A stretch of 64,000 nucleotides of DNA from Phallusia mammillata (Eukaryota): positions 21,328,001 through 21,392,000 of the forward strand of contig OZ281495.1 in the NCBI GenBank assembly GCA_965637545.1, in the 5' to 3' direction. The notes under the pieces were generated by a model. That model saw nothing but the letters and a program-made list of their open reading frames with translations. It did not search any database and was not told the DNA's origin. Each line of letters starts with the position of its first letter. The first letter of the stretch is position 1. The translations under genes and the position numbers were made by a program. This document shows, in pieces, positions 22,101 through 34,300 of this stretch.

Positions 22101-25100
22101 CAATATTTATCATTTGTTTACAAACGTTACAAGTTTCATGGGAGAGAAAATGTATTGGGGAACGAAATTAAAAAAGGAAATAACGCAACGATAAAATGTT
22201 TCGGTTTTTACCCATGTGGATGAAAGCTAGCCAATTGATTCTGTTAGGTACGTTCTAATTGGCAGAGGTAATTTTATGCGACCACAAACCATTTTCCAAT
22301 AATTCGGTGACAAGAAATACATGCATTGGGCGAAGCATTATGCGAGTCAACACAACAAATCTTATTGAAAAATCAATAGACGGCGCATGAAGATGTAAAG
22401 GCTAATATCTAAAATCAATAGTAAAAGTGCACTGGGCTAAATGGATTTCGGTCGTTATAAAACCCATTTGTCGTGGTCGTGGATTAAATAGTGATTTTGT
22501 AATAATATAATAAGCAATTTAACATTGGCGCATAGTTGCTATGGACGTACTTTGACAGCCCATTGAGACTGTTCCATACCGCTACTAATGCTTAATCGCG
22601 TTTGCACTAAGTTTAGATAAGTTCATGTTGTTGTTGTCAAGCGTATACCAATGGCGGTAAACTGTATCAGAATGACGGGACACAAATGGACTTGTATCTT
22701 GATACACAGAGATAGAAAAAACGTTACTATTTAGAACTTACAATTTTGATCCAAAACTGACTCAGGGTCCCGCTGAATTTAAATATGAACGTACACCAAG
22801 CTAAAGTTAACAAAGATAAAATAATTTCCTAGCAACTTAAAATGTGTCAATTTCTGAAACATCGTATATTTTTGCAGTTGATGGTGGACGGTGCATTCAC
22901 TGAATTGCAGCAGATGAATTCTGTAACATCCCACCAACAGCACCAGCATCATCACCAGCAACAACAACAACAGCAACAGCAGCAACAACATCATCATCAA
23001 CAACAACAAATACAACAGCAGCAGCAACATCAAATGTTAAACATTTCGCCTGTGCCCACCTATCCTTCTCATTCACCCAATCCTCAAGACAACTTGAGTT
23101 TAGGAAACCAGCAAGTACTGGATCCCCTCACCAGTAACACAGTGCTGAGTAAGTTATTTTCGCCACTAATTCGTGATAGCTCTTACAAGGGTAAACTCAA
23201 ACGAAACTTTAACAAAGAAATTAGTAAACCAACATTGTATTGAAGAGCAGATTGTTTTGCGGCACATAGTATGTGTTCGCAAATTTTGGTAAGCGTTGAC
23301 CACCAGAAAAAAGGACGTTTTAGAATTTTCATTGTGCCTTTTTTAGGTCTTGGTGACATGGATATATCCGATTTGAACTTTGACCCCACTGGTGCCTCAG
23401 ACGTCAGCACGTTGATGGGCGGAAGCGATTTTAGTGCCTTTTTAAACGAAAACTCGCAGGTATGTCTATTGACTTGTTATTTTAAGCCAATCTTTAAATT
23501 TTGTTGAGTCATGGTTTTAAATCAATTCTGGCCATCTGTTGGAAATCACATGATTTTATTAAGTTCATAAACTTCGTAAAATTAGCTAGCTCGTGCGCCG
23601 TGTAGTCACATGATGTCATGGTATATGTTGTGATTATACCAGACGTTAGCTAGTATTTATGCCGGTAATTACACTACCGGCCTGGGGCTATAGTGTGGAA
23701 TGAAAACCAGCATCATTAGCTAAATTTTGAAAAAAACTTTCTCCTAATTCCAATACTGTAGAGCAGGGGTGGCCAACCGGTCAAAGCCCAAGAGCCATAT
23801 TTTTTATTGTGTTACCACAAAGAGCCACATTAAACACATAAGCACATTTGTTAAATGGCTCGTCCCTTACTCACACACAGAGACCTGAGCTTAGCCAGAT
23901 CTATTCTAAATGTCGCACACCAACATAATAATGACACAATTTGACTTGTACAGACCACGGGCCAGTCATTTTCAACAATAAATGGTGAGTGCAAACACTG
24001 TCTCTCACACAAAACTCTCATTTCAACGAATCCATCGAACAAAAACATATGAATTAAAATACCCCTTTTTTCTCATTCTATAAATAACGTGCGGTGAGAT
24101 TCATTTCTGGTGAATTGCTAAAATCTTTTTTCACTGCCAATTTGAAGGCTAACTTGACAAAAATTGTTTATTTAAAAGATTTTCCCTGCTGAAAAAACTT
24201 GCGGTATTTTCATCTAACGGGCACGCGCCCCAAACACCTAACGCGCATGTGCCCCAAGTGCAAAGTGGCGAAACTAAATTCATTGCGACGTCATTAATGC
24301 ATTCACCACCAACAATCGCTCAATTCAAACCCAAGACAAACTGCCGATAAAATATAACGTTCGTCATAACCCGAAAAACAACGGATTGAAGCATTATTTA
24401 CTCTGGAACACATTTGTTGTAAATATTGCTGTTGCTTCGTGTCTCATTCGCATTGTACGCAACAATGAGCAACCATTCATTGTTCACAATTAAATATATG
24501 CCATCATAATCAAGCCATTTGCCACATAAAGTTGCAGTTTTAAGGCAAGGTTTGTGGCCACATCGATAAAAAGTTTGTTCAAAAGCAAAATTGTTAAAGC
24601 TTTACTTTAAATTTAACGATTTTTTTACCAGATCGCCCCATACTAACCCAAATATACACAATGGCCCCAAACTTCGACAACAACTTAAGAGCCGCATAAA
24701 ACCAGGCGAAGAGCCGCATGCGGCTCGCGAGCCGCGGGTTGGCCACCCCTGCTGTAGAGAGTCACGTGGTTTGTGGTGTTGTAATGGTTTAGGTGGTTTG
24801 CGCATTGTATGTGACGTCATGTAGTTCCTCAATCTTCCAACGTGTGTTTATAAGCAAGCTGATTGGCTAATGTAAAAAACAATAGAAAAACAGTGTTATT
24901 GCAGTTTCATAAAATGCAGTGAGACTCGAAATCAAATCTCGCCGCGTGATGTAAAGCAGTGTTTTCCCATGGCTTGTGGCACACCAACAAACTAAATTAT
25001 TGTTCATGGGACACATTTGGGTGGTAAAACACACACAAACACTTTAGGCAGGTTTACTTTTATGTGATTTTGGTATCAAATAAGATTACAATAGAGTTCT

Positions 25101-25398
25101 ATCGTTGTCGTACACTGCCGCATTTAGTCATCAAAACTCGAAAACATGAGCTAATTGTTTTGCTCCGAAAACACAAATATTTTGCGGCACATTTGGTAAT
25201 CTCTCACTGCATTTTAGTGTGCTGCAACACAGTGGCTAAAACATGCGTGTGCGGGCCCAACTATCATGTGATGTACTAGACTAGGCATTAAGTCATTCTT
25301 TCCCTTTTCCGCAGTATTCGGATGTCATGATGGACGATATGATTAAGGACGACATCTTCCTCTCGGACGCCAATAACCCGAACAATCTGAACCAGTAA
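10187..25398 (+). CDS. MITF: MITF/TFE-family bHLH-ZIP transcription factor, long isoform. Exons 10187-10314, 10875-11507, 12656-12739, 13641-13778, 15689-15836, 16305-16369, 19900-19983, 20162-20339, 20675-20750, 21135-21282, 21401-21527, 21900-22078, 22878-23148, 23347-23459, 25315-25398
   Basis: Motifs [13 protein letters not shown] (Rag-binding-like), PQLPSAILK|[97 protein letters not shown], a leucine zipper and DVMMDD. Phases are consistent across all junctions. The 5' exons are less certain than the core. Confidence 0.9.
13046..13418. repeat. Inverted-repeat-flanked minisatellite: about 20-bp GTGCACC-containing monomers with an exact 120-bp higher-order period
   Basis: The blocks at 13096 and 13216 are nearly identical (six 20-mers). 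Ends GTGCATCTAAA...GGATCGCTTGATGCAC and GTGCACCAAGCGATCC...TTTAGATGCAC are inverted repeats. Confidence 0.8.
14986..15360 (+). CDS. MITF: Putative alternative first coding exon of MITF/TFE (125 codons, ends YGAYYQCQ)
   Basis: ATG-initiated open frame ending CAG|GT in phase 0, joining the VETRLENPT exon in frame. As a phase-0 cassette from the AG at 14947-14948 it would hit a stop. Confidence 0.55.
19732..19806 (+). CDS. MITF: Putative internal alternative first coding exon of MITF/TFE ([25 protein letters not shown])
   Basis: GCC-ATG context, 25 codons, strong CAG|GTAAAT donor in phase 0 with the exon at 19900; GC-box GGCCCCGCCCC about 380 bp upstream. Confidence 0.55.
21554..21753. mobile_element. 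hAT (Buster/Charlie-type) MITE, 200 bp, in a MITF intron
   Basis: Imperfect TIR CAGGGGCCGGTAACC / GGTTGGCGACCACTG; exact TSD TATTAAAC (21546-21553, 21754-21761). Confidence 0.85.
22932..23033 (+). repeat. CAA/CAG/CAT-rich coding microsatellite (poly-Q/H tract) in MITF
   Basis: Encodes [34 protein letters not shown]. Confidence 0.95.
23764..24751. mobile_element. Non-autonomous hAT (Buster/Charlie-type) element, 988 bp, in the last MITF intron
   Basis: 15-bp perfect TIR CAGGGGTGGCCAACC; exact TSD CTGTAGAG (23756-23763, 24752-24759); subterminal GAGCCGC/GCGGCTC repeats; no transposase ORF. Confidence 0.93.
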
Positions 25399-27038
25399 CC
25401 TTGCGGGAAATACGTTTCTCTGCACTGAACTGTGCTGGTCGTATAGCTGGTCTTATGCCAAATACCTGGCACTCTGTACTTATAGGTGTTAACGATACCC
25501 TTCTGTCCTGGTACGGCGGTGACTTCAATCCAAGAGACAAACTTGGTTTACATGCTGCCTACACAATGTCTGTAAAGGTAGCACCTGATTCCAACAAGAC
25601 CTTAGTGGTTGGTGACTGTCAGTTTTGTATCAATGGAAATATTCAAGGAAAACGTCGACTTTTGAAGCAAAAACGATTTTATTTTAAACCTTCTTTTACT
25701 GCTATGTTCGTTTAAAATCCAACCACGCGCCCAGATTGTTTCTACGCTTAGCAAGAGTATTTTGCCCCATCGTGATCGCTTACCCTTCATCGTTTACTTT
25801 TTCTATCATTGTCTAGTACACGGTCCGAGCGCTTGCGGACGTTTTGTTTCATGATCAAACGTGCAATTTGCTTTACAGACCAGATGTGGTGGGCAAAAAT
25901 AATGTTCACCGTTTTTTCCTGTCTTTTTTGATAAGTTTCATCCTGGAGCACACTAGGTACGTGCACCCAACGTTGCATTAATTTTATCATGTTGTATGTG
26001 AGTGCGCTTGTTGTGAATAACCATGAAACCAAATGACTGGCTTTGCTATGCAGCATGCGATCTGACATGATTTTAACTTCGTGGATTATTTCCTCGTTTT
26101 TGCGGCTGTTTGACTACTTCGAAAATATTTTTTTAGTGGTTGAGCTTTTAACGTGGTGTGTTTTGTTCTAAAGATCACTTTTTTAACCTTTTATGTATTT
26201 TTGCCAACATTCAAGTCGTAAATACGTTTGTGTGGATTCTATGATTTACTGCAAATTTTTCTTCGTATATCCCTTTTACAAGTCAGTACACAATAAAATG
26301 AGCGTTTTTCGCTCACATTGAACTATTTTTTTATCACAAACTGGTAATAGCAGACACTAGCTTGGTCAGTAACTCGGTGGGTCTCACCCTTTTATAGTTT
26401 GTGCCCCCCTTAAAATGACCCCCAACCCATGGCTCTTGATTATGTACGTTACAAAGGAAAAATGGCTACTTCACAAAGAAAACTAGCTTACGTTTTCATA
26501 GTGTTTAAGTTTGCTAGGACTATTGCTGCTTGTTTAATGTCATTGGTATGAGGCTACACCCGAGAGGTCCTGAAAAAAGCATAGTCGTTTAGAATTGAGT
26601 ATTATTTTTTTTTTTTTAACAAATTCGACACAGCCAGGGGTTGAGCTCGTAGATCTTTGGGTTTTAGTGCTAGTTTGCCAGTTTAAGATTGTAAATATAT
26701 TTGTCTTTGTGGTACAAAAACTGGCATTCTTAGGTTTGGAAAAAATTACTGTAAACAATGCTAGCATATCAATAAAATCCAATGTTTCCTGCATTCTACC
26801 CCGATTTATTGGACCAACAAGTATGTCAAATATTCCAACTGCATACTGTATTTATTAGTTTTTTTCTGAATCTTTGCAGAAACTAGTTGGAGACCTAAAT
26901 GGCTGAGAAAAATATTCTTTAACAAGTATGTTTTTTAAATTATCATTTCCGTATTTCATTCTTCTAGGTCAAATCCAAACCAGTAAAGCAAACAGGAACT
27001 GGTAAAATAGTTTAGTAAGAAAAACACATATTAAGGTA

Positions 27039-28698
27039 CTATAAGCACCATTGTGTGGTGTCGCACAAGTGTGATGGTCGCCTCGCATGCATTTTTGAAA
27101 AGCAAAAACTCCATGGAGAATTGGGGAAAACTGAATCATTAATGCTTTTTGTTTTTTGTTTATAAGACCTCCGCTTAGGTGGTTTGGGGTGACCAAATCT
27201 AATAACTATATCAGAGGGAATAATTAGGTTCTTGCGCTCTTCAAACATGTCTTCATAACATTGGGCTCCTTTCACACATACATTAGGGGAATCCACATTT
27301 AGTTTATAGTGAAACATAAACTGAGAGGAATTATTTGTATATGTCATGTCATTTGAGTGTGGTTTATTGCCACATTCCTGCATCCATGTTGTAAGAGAAT
27401 CCCCAAACAAATCTTTTATGTCTTCTACATGTCGTTTACTTAGAGTACATTCTGTGGATGATTGAATGAATGGCAAAGGTTGCTTTTCCATGCACCTTTT
27501 TACTGCACCAAGCACTTTGTGTGCATCTTCCTTAAGGTGAACGTTTGTTAGAGAAAGGTCATTTAAAAATGGGTCAAGCACCTCTGTTACATATTTATTT
27601 AATTGAGGAATAAGCAACCCTTGTGCAGTTTTTGACCCAAGGGCACCAATTGCCATAACTGCTCCATAATGTGAACACAAGGGCCTTGTTGGGTCCATAA
27701 GAATTTGTTTCAGGGAGGAGTGAAGATGGGCAAGTAGAAAATTACTAGAAGCAGGTTGACTGGTAATTATTTTAGCAAGAAGACGTGCTCCATAGTCTCG
27801 AAGTATCCAATGATCATTTAGTGGATTAATTGATGCTGCCAAAGGCTCAAGAACACAATACATGACTGAATTTAAAAGGGGCATGACATATTCATTCAGG
27901 GATATAACTGGATTTGTGAAAAGTGCATTGATTACATACATCATCCATGATAGTTTTCCAAGGTCATGGCTGACCAAATTGGTTGTTGACAAAAAGTTGA
28001 CCATAAATGGAAGTGTAGGAGATATTTTTGCATTTTTTGTAATGTCCTCGAGCAAATGACAAAACAGCTCTTTATTGTCACTGAGAATACATTCCACCAA
28101 TGCAGTGTAATATTCAGTGTAGGAATTGTTGACTTTTCTGGGTGAAGATTCCACTATTTGTCCTTGAAAAAAGTTAGCTAGTTTAAAACCTATTTATATT
28201 AATGTACAGTATTACAAATTATAAATAGATTATATATACATTCATTTGTATAAACATACCTTCAGCATCAGAACTACCAGCAGGGCTGCTACTAACTGGG
28301 TTGATCCATTGAGAAGTTAATTTTAATGGGTGAGAAACATGCATGGGAATTTCACCATCTGCAACATGTTTGAGATTTGCTATTGAATCAGGCTGACAAG
28401 TAATATCACCAAGTTGAACAAACTCCAACGTTTCTGGAGCTCCAGTGACTGATGGCATGTCACTCCAATACAGAGCTTTGTCAACATCTGCAGCCTTTAA
28501 AAACTTTCGCTTTCCTTGTCGCATGAACAAGCAACTCTTTGAAATCATCTCACGCACACGGTAACTTGCATCTTCCGCAAGAGCGTGCAGCACGTTTTCA
28601 GGGACATCTTTAAAACCCTCCGATTCTGCATAGGTTTGGATAGACAGTGGGGAAAATACAACAAATTTGCGATCTTCTGGTGGATTTCCGGTGGACAT
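27039..28698 (-). CDS. TAF6L: TAF6-like (SAGA/PCAF histone-fold subunit). Exons 28260-28698 and 27039-28162
   Basis: Histone fold LAEDASYRVREM...KRKFL, plus the TAF6L-diagnostic SVMYCVLEPLAASINPLNDHWILRD and DPTRPLCSHYGAV; one phase-1 GT-AG intron. Confidence 0.92.
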
Positions 28699-31317
28699 GT
28701 CAGTGTAAGGTTTATACTTTTGCAAATAACGTTCTCCAAATCCCCCAAAATCGCACTAGCAAAATGATTATCTCGAATATCTCCACTTGTTTTCTTTACT
28801 TCCCAAACTTTTCACGCATCATTGAACCTCGAAAACCAATGAGGCACTTCATAAAACATATTTCAGATTGGGGTTGTATAAGGCTATATGCGATTCGGCA
28901 TCGTGTTTGTTCTGGCATAGTGCATATAATACGGCATTACGAAGTTTCAAATTCCAAGGGCATTTTTTTAATGTTTATCTTTGAATCCTACAAAAGCATA
29001 ACGACGTACGAGCAGACAGTGTGAGGTTAACGTTGTATCAAAACCCTTGCTGAAACATAAAAACTCTTTCTATACATATGTGTGTACATAAACTTAGAGA
29101 CTGTTAGGACCACTGGCTTTAATCCAAAGTAACAAGTACTAGTAAAGTCCCTTATTTTGTTGGAAATTGGTGTTTCGTGATATTTGTCATAGAGGAAAGA
29201 GACCATGCTAGAAGGATCTTTTTACAATCATCTTTTCTGGTTTTATTTTTTTCTTTGCCGTATTTTAACCCATTTTCCAAAACCCAGTATATAAATCCCT
29301 AGGCCGAACACAATCAACCGCTACACAAAGTATTTGCACAGAATATATATTTCACAAAGTTTTGGGCATCTTCGGTTCCTTGTTCAAATAGATCTGCAAA
29401 TACTGTGTACGGTTGATTCTTTTCGGCTCAGGGTTATGCACAGGGTGTTGGATTATATTGATGTAAAAAACAGTAATCATCGGAAAATTTCGGCTGTAGG
29501 GTTGATTTCACTTCAAACTATAGTTTATTTTTATCACATTTTTGTTCATATTTTTACCGTTAAAATACTAACACTAGGTGTCGACAAAGAAACAACTGTT
29601 TGTGCATACGTCACGTTGATGGCAAAACAAGCACCACAAGCAGCTAATCTGGTTTTAAGGATGCTAAAACTTGCGAAGCAGTGTGGTATGGTGTTTTCTA
29701 TTTGCATTCTGAAGGTTAGATTTTGTGCGGTCTGCTTTTTAGAAAACGAAAATTCCGAAGCAATGAAGCACATTACACTGTCAGTGAGGTTGTTTTTGGA
29801 AAACGTGTTGTTTTACATGTGTATAATGTTTAGCACAAGAGTTGTTTTTGACACAATGCATGAAGTAAATTAGTTTAATTAGATTGGGCTGTTTCTCTAT
29901 CCTCATGAAGTTTAACCACAACAAGTTTTTGTAAGCTTCTGTCTTTTTCAGAAGCAGTACTTCTAGCAGCAAAAAAATATATCAGTACAGTTTCCGTACG
30001 TTGCTATCATATATTACCACCAATAAAACAAATTAATAACAACTGTTACGGCCAGTATTGCTTTGGTTCACAAACAGACGATTTATTGCCTTTGGCACAC
30101 CTGTCTCCGTGCTGACCGTGACCGTATATGTAAAACTATATTGTCAATTCTAAAATGAAGCCCAAAAGGGATTTTAACAATTGTATGCTTTTGTCATATT
30201 TTGTCGGTTGTTTTTAATGGTTTAGGTACAACTTTTTATACAGTTTTTACCACAGATTTATATACATTTTAAGTTTGTTTTCATTTTATGATTATAGGTT
30301 TAGGCAACTTTAGAATGAACTCTGTATTAGTTCGAACATGAAATAAACGAGTCCATAAGGGTGTATAATATTTCTAAATATCCTTCACTTCATTAGGCAC
30401 AGAAATCAGCTTTGAATATGAAAGTGATTCAAAAACCCGACTAGACTTGGTTTATCCATTTGAAAATAAGTTCTAAAAGCCTAATTTAGGGGTATAATAA
30501 GCAAGTTGCCTCATTTTGTTTGCCCAAGCCTCTTAAAAACATATTTTACAACTTTGTGTTTGCTTTAAAGTTTTTTTTTCTTGTGTTATGACTTATAACC
30601 ATGCCATTTTTTGTTATCTTTAGGTTTTGTGCAGGTCTCACTTGTTTTTGTCTTTTGTATTATTTTCATTTGATTTGTAAACTAAAATAAAGTCATGGTC
30701 AACTTAAGAACAATGGTTTAAACCAGTGGTAAATTGTTACACTTTAGTATGTAGAACTTATTTTCTATGGTATGCAACTACCAATAAACATCACTCATTT
30801 GTGTAGTGCACAACAAAATGTTTCTCAAAAAATGATTCATACTTTCTTAGTTGAACACTTATGATACACTGTTAACATTCATGGTTTACTTTTGTTTTAC
30901 AATCACAAATTCAAGTGTTTTTGTTTATCTTAATTGCTACAAATAGCCCGGGGGAATTGCCAGTCAATGTAAACAGAAGCCCCTATATGCCAATTGTTTT
31001 TGATCAGGCATTGATTGTTATTGTGTAGGTTGTGGTACACTACTAATAGCTGTTGTGACTGGTTTAAAACATGAGTAACTTAATTTGTTTGTGAAAAACC
31101 ACACAATTAATTAACATGGTATATTTTCAGGACTCTTGCAGTGCCTTATGATGCTGTGTGATGTCTAGGTATTTGCACACTGAGAACTGTTGTGTATATT
31201 TCAGTATGTGACACAATCTAGCGTGGCTTAAACAGATGAAAGGTTTTTAAACTTTTCCATTGGAAATGGTACTCTGGTAAACAAACTGTTTCAACAATCA
31301 ACCAAACAAAAGCTGCA

Positions 31318-34300
31318 ATGAATAACCAGAGGGCACAGGACTTACTTGGTCAATTAAAAACTGTCATTGAAGAACAGGAATCCACAATCGCCCAGCAAAA
31401 CATTCGCATCAAGACACTTGTTGCAGAAGTAGACAATTTGACTAAAACTCGCAATGCACTAGCGGAAAAAGTTCAACTTCTTGAAAATCAAAAGTAAGTA
31501 TATACATCTCAAATTTGCTTGTCATCTTACCTGACTGAAATTGCACCTTTTAGCTCTTACAGGAAATGTTGCAGGTGGGCGTCTAAATATATAGTCCTAC
31601 TGTTTGACTTCATCGGTGCCAGCCACTAGAATGGACAAACACAAATAACTGATCTTTATTATTGTTGCACGCTTTTAGTGCCAGTCACGAACAGGGAGGG
31701 AACTGATAGCATGCTTTGTAGTGAAGGTTATCGCACTTCCTGTGTGTTCGCTCTGTTAATGCTAGGAAGTATGTGGACCTATGATGGTTTTACATGAACA
31801 AGGCAGACTAATCATTGTTTGTGATAGTGGGGAAATGCATCAGGTCACTAGCATTAAGCTCAGTCTGTTTTGATTATGGTTTTCATTTGTTACTGCTGGT
31901 TGACTGTGGCAGGAAAAGTACAGATATGTGTCCGTGTGGTTTTGTATAGCAATAAGGAACAGTGTTACTCCTTTAGGAAACAGTTTGTAGGTTGTCTGTA
32001 CTTAGCAATCCACAGTGCATAATGGAAAGTGTCATATTTGCACCCATGTGTATGTCAAACTTTACCAATGTCTTCATTCATTGGTTAAAATGTACAGCAA
32101 TGAGGAAGTGATATCATTTCCTTTTTAAAGTAGTCTGCTGCATCTTAAGGGCTCTTTTTGTTGCTGCCAATAGCTATGATTTTCTTTTCCAAATGTTTGT
32201 AAAGGAATTACAACAGTTGTTTATTGTTACAATACTGCTTGTATTGTGAAACAATATTTGCCTTACTTATTGCATGTGATCATGTCCGGAGTATAAGACA
32301 TGAGGTTTGTCAAACTTTTGATTGTTTCTAGAGTAAATATGCTATGTGTATGATTTATAGCCTCTTAAAGTTTAATATTTTCAGTGCAAACAACCAGCAT
32401 GCGCTTTGACTTTCATTGTCACGATGAAAAGTTGAGTTACATTTGTTTGCATTTCATACAAAATTCCATGTGCATTTACTTCTTTTCACAAGGTCTGCCT
32501 TAAGGGCTTTGTTGAAAGCACAAGTTTAGCAGTCGGCAGCAGAAATTGTTAGGTTGCTTTGTTATATTTATAATTCTCACTTGTTAATAGCGAAATATGT
32601 ATTTCAGTGTAATGCAAAATTTTTGTGAGGGTGCATGAAAGTGGTAGGTCAAACATGATAAGCACTGAAAAGTTAGCTGCAGCTTTCAACAACTCTCAGT
32701 ATTAAACTATGGACAGTTTTTCAAAATTAATAACTGATCTCCAAGATTGTTTGTTTGAAAGGTACCGAAGCACACAATGTTTAAACATTAAAAACATATT
32801 CCCATGTTTTCCCACAGTGTAAATCATCTTCATAAAAAATTTTTGTTTTTAGTTTGGAACAAACCTCAGCGAAAAAGCATCACAAGCGCCGAACGTCATC
32901 TGGTCGTTCCAAGAACAAACATAGTCGAAGTCTGTCGTCACATTCGAACAATGATCCAGGCATGTTGTAGTCTATGGTCTCTCGTTAAAAAATGTGTTTT
33001 TGCATTGCACAGACTGCTTGTTATATTATAGCTACTTGGTTTGAAATATGCCATATCTGTGAACAATGTGAACCTGTACATTAAAGGTAAAATAATTGCT
33101 CACCTCCTACATGCAATTTTCAGAAAGAAAATTGAAAAAAAACGCGTTAGATAAAAATAAGTTTATATTTGTGCTGTATGTATACATGAATGTATGTTTG
33201 TGTGAACATTTTATGCATAAATATCCTATGAATTGATCATTGATGACAGCATTTAAAAGTTCTAAACACAAAAGTTCAAAAACGTTTTCTTGTCCCAGAT
33301 GAAGAAAGGGAAAGCGGTGTTAACCGCTCAGCCAGCTTTCAGCGAAAACATCTGGAAGAGCAAGATATTAGACAAAATCATTTAAAATATGAATTAAGTT
33401 CTGATCTTCAGGACAAACAAGTCGAAGTTCTCAGAGTAAGTCCTATTAATAATAAGTTTCCACAACTTTGCTATAAATTAGCCTCCAAGATGTATACCTG
33501 TGGACAACAATTGGTGGTCATTTTGTATCACCCAAACTTTTTGCGCAAATTTAGATGCTACCGTTTGTTGAAACATTTTCATAGTGACCACTGTAATTTT
33601 ATGATGTTTACTAATTTAAATTGATTTGAAGAGGTATTAAACTTTGAATTAGTGACTTTTAAATTAGTGAGAACCGATGTACAAGCACTAGTCACCTGAA
33701 GCAATGATTTCAATATGTTTTTAGAAACTGTATGGTGGTGGTTCAAAGGCAGAAAATGCTGCTCGTATAATCCAAGAAGCATACAGAAGACATCGAATGA
33801 CTGTGAATTTCAAAAAAATCAGACACTCAAAAATCAGGAGGTTAACTGTGGACAATGTTCCTCACCCGTTACCTGAAGTCACCGAGACATCATCAACACC
33901 AACAGAAACTCCAAGCAGCCCAACTGAAAATCATGTTGAGGTTGTGGAACTTGTCCTTGAGCATTCATTTGTTGAGTCCAACCAAAAAACATTTGATTCT
34001 GCGCATGAAGAGACTATAGAGGAAACCCCAGTAAATGGAGATATAGCTTCAACTGATTTGAACGATGAAGCAACAACAAAAGAGACTGAAAATGTGGCTA
34101 CAACAGAAAAACCTCAGGATGAAGATACTGTGACTCCAAAAGCATCTGATTCTCCCACAACGCCTCCCAATCAGCCATTATCTAATGAAGAAATTGTTCA
34201 GCGTATTTTACAGGAAGCGCCGACGGCCAACTTTAAAAAAGTTCCAAGGAGAAAGAAAAGACATGGGTAAGTACATGTTAAATACTCGAGGTCATGGGCC

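Noticed and set aside
22779-23033. Antisense poly-Leu ORF
   Set aside because: It is simply the reverse complement of the MITF poly-Q tract.
29334-29873. 179-aa ORF between TAF6L and IQSEC
   Set aside because: Non-ATG start, F/I/V-rich composition typical of AT-rich non-coding DNA, and no recognisable motif.
30378-30386. ATATCCTT U12-type donor motif
   Set aside because: No associated exon, branch point or AC acceptor could be supported.
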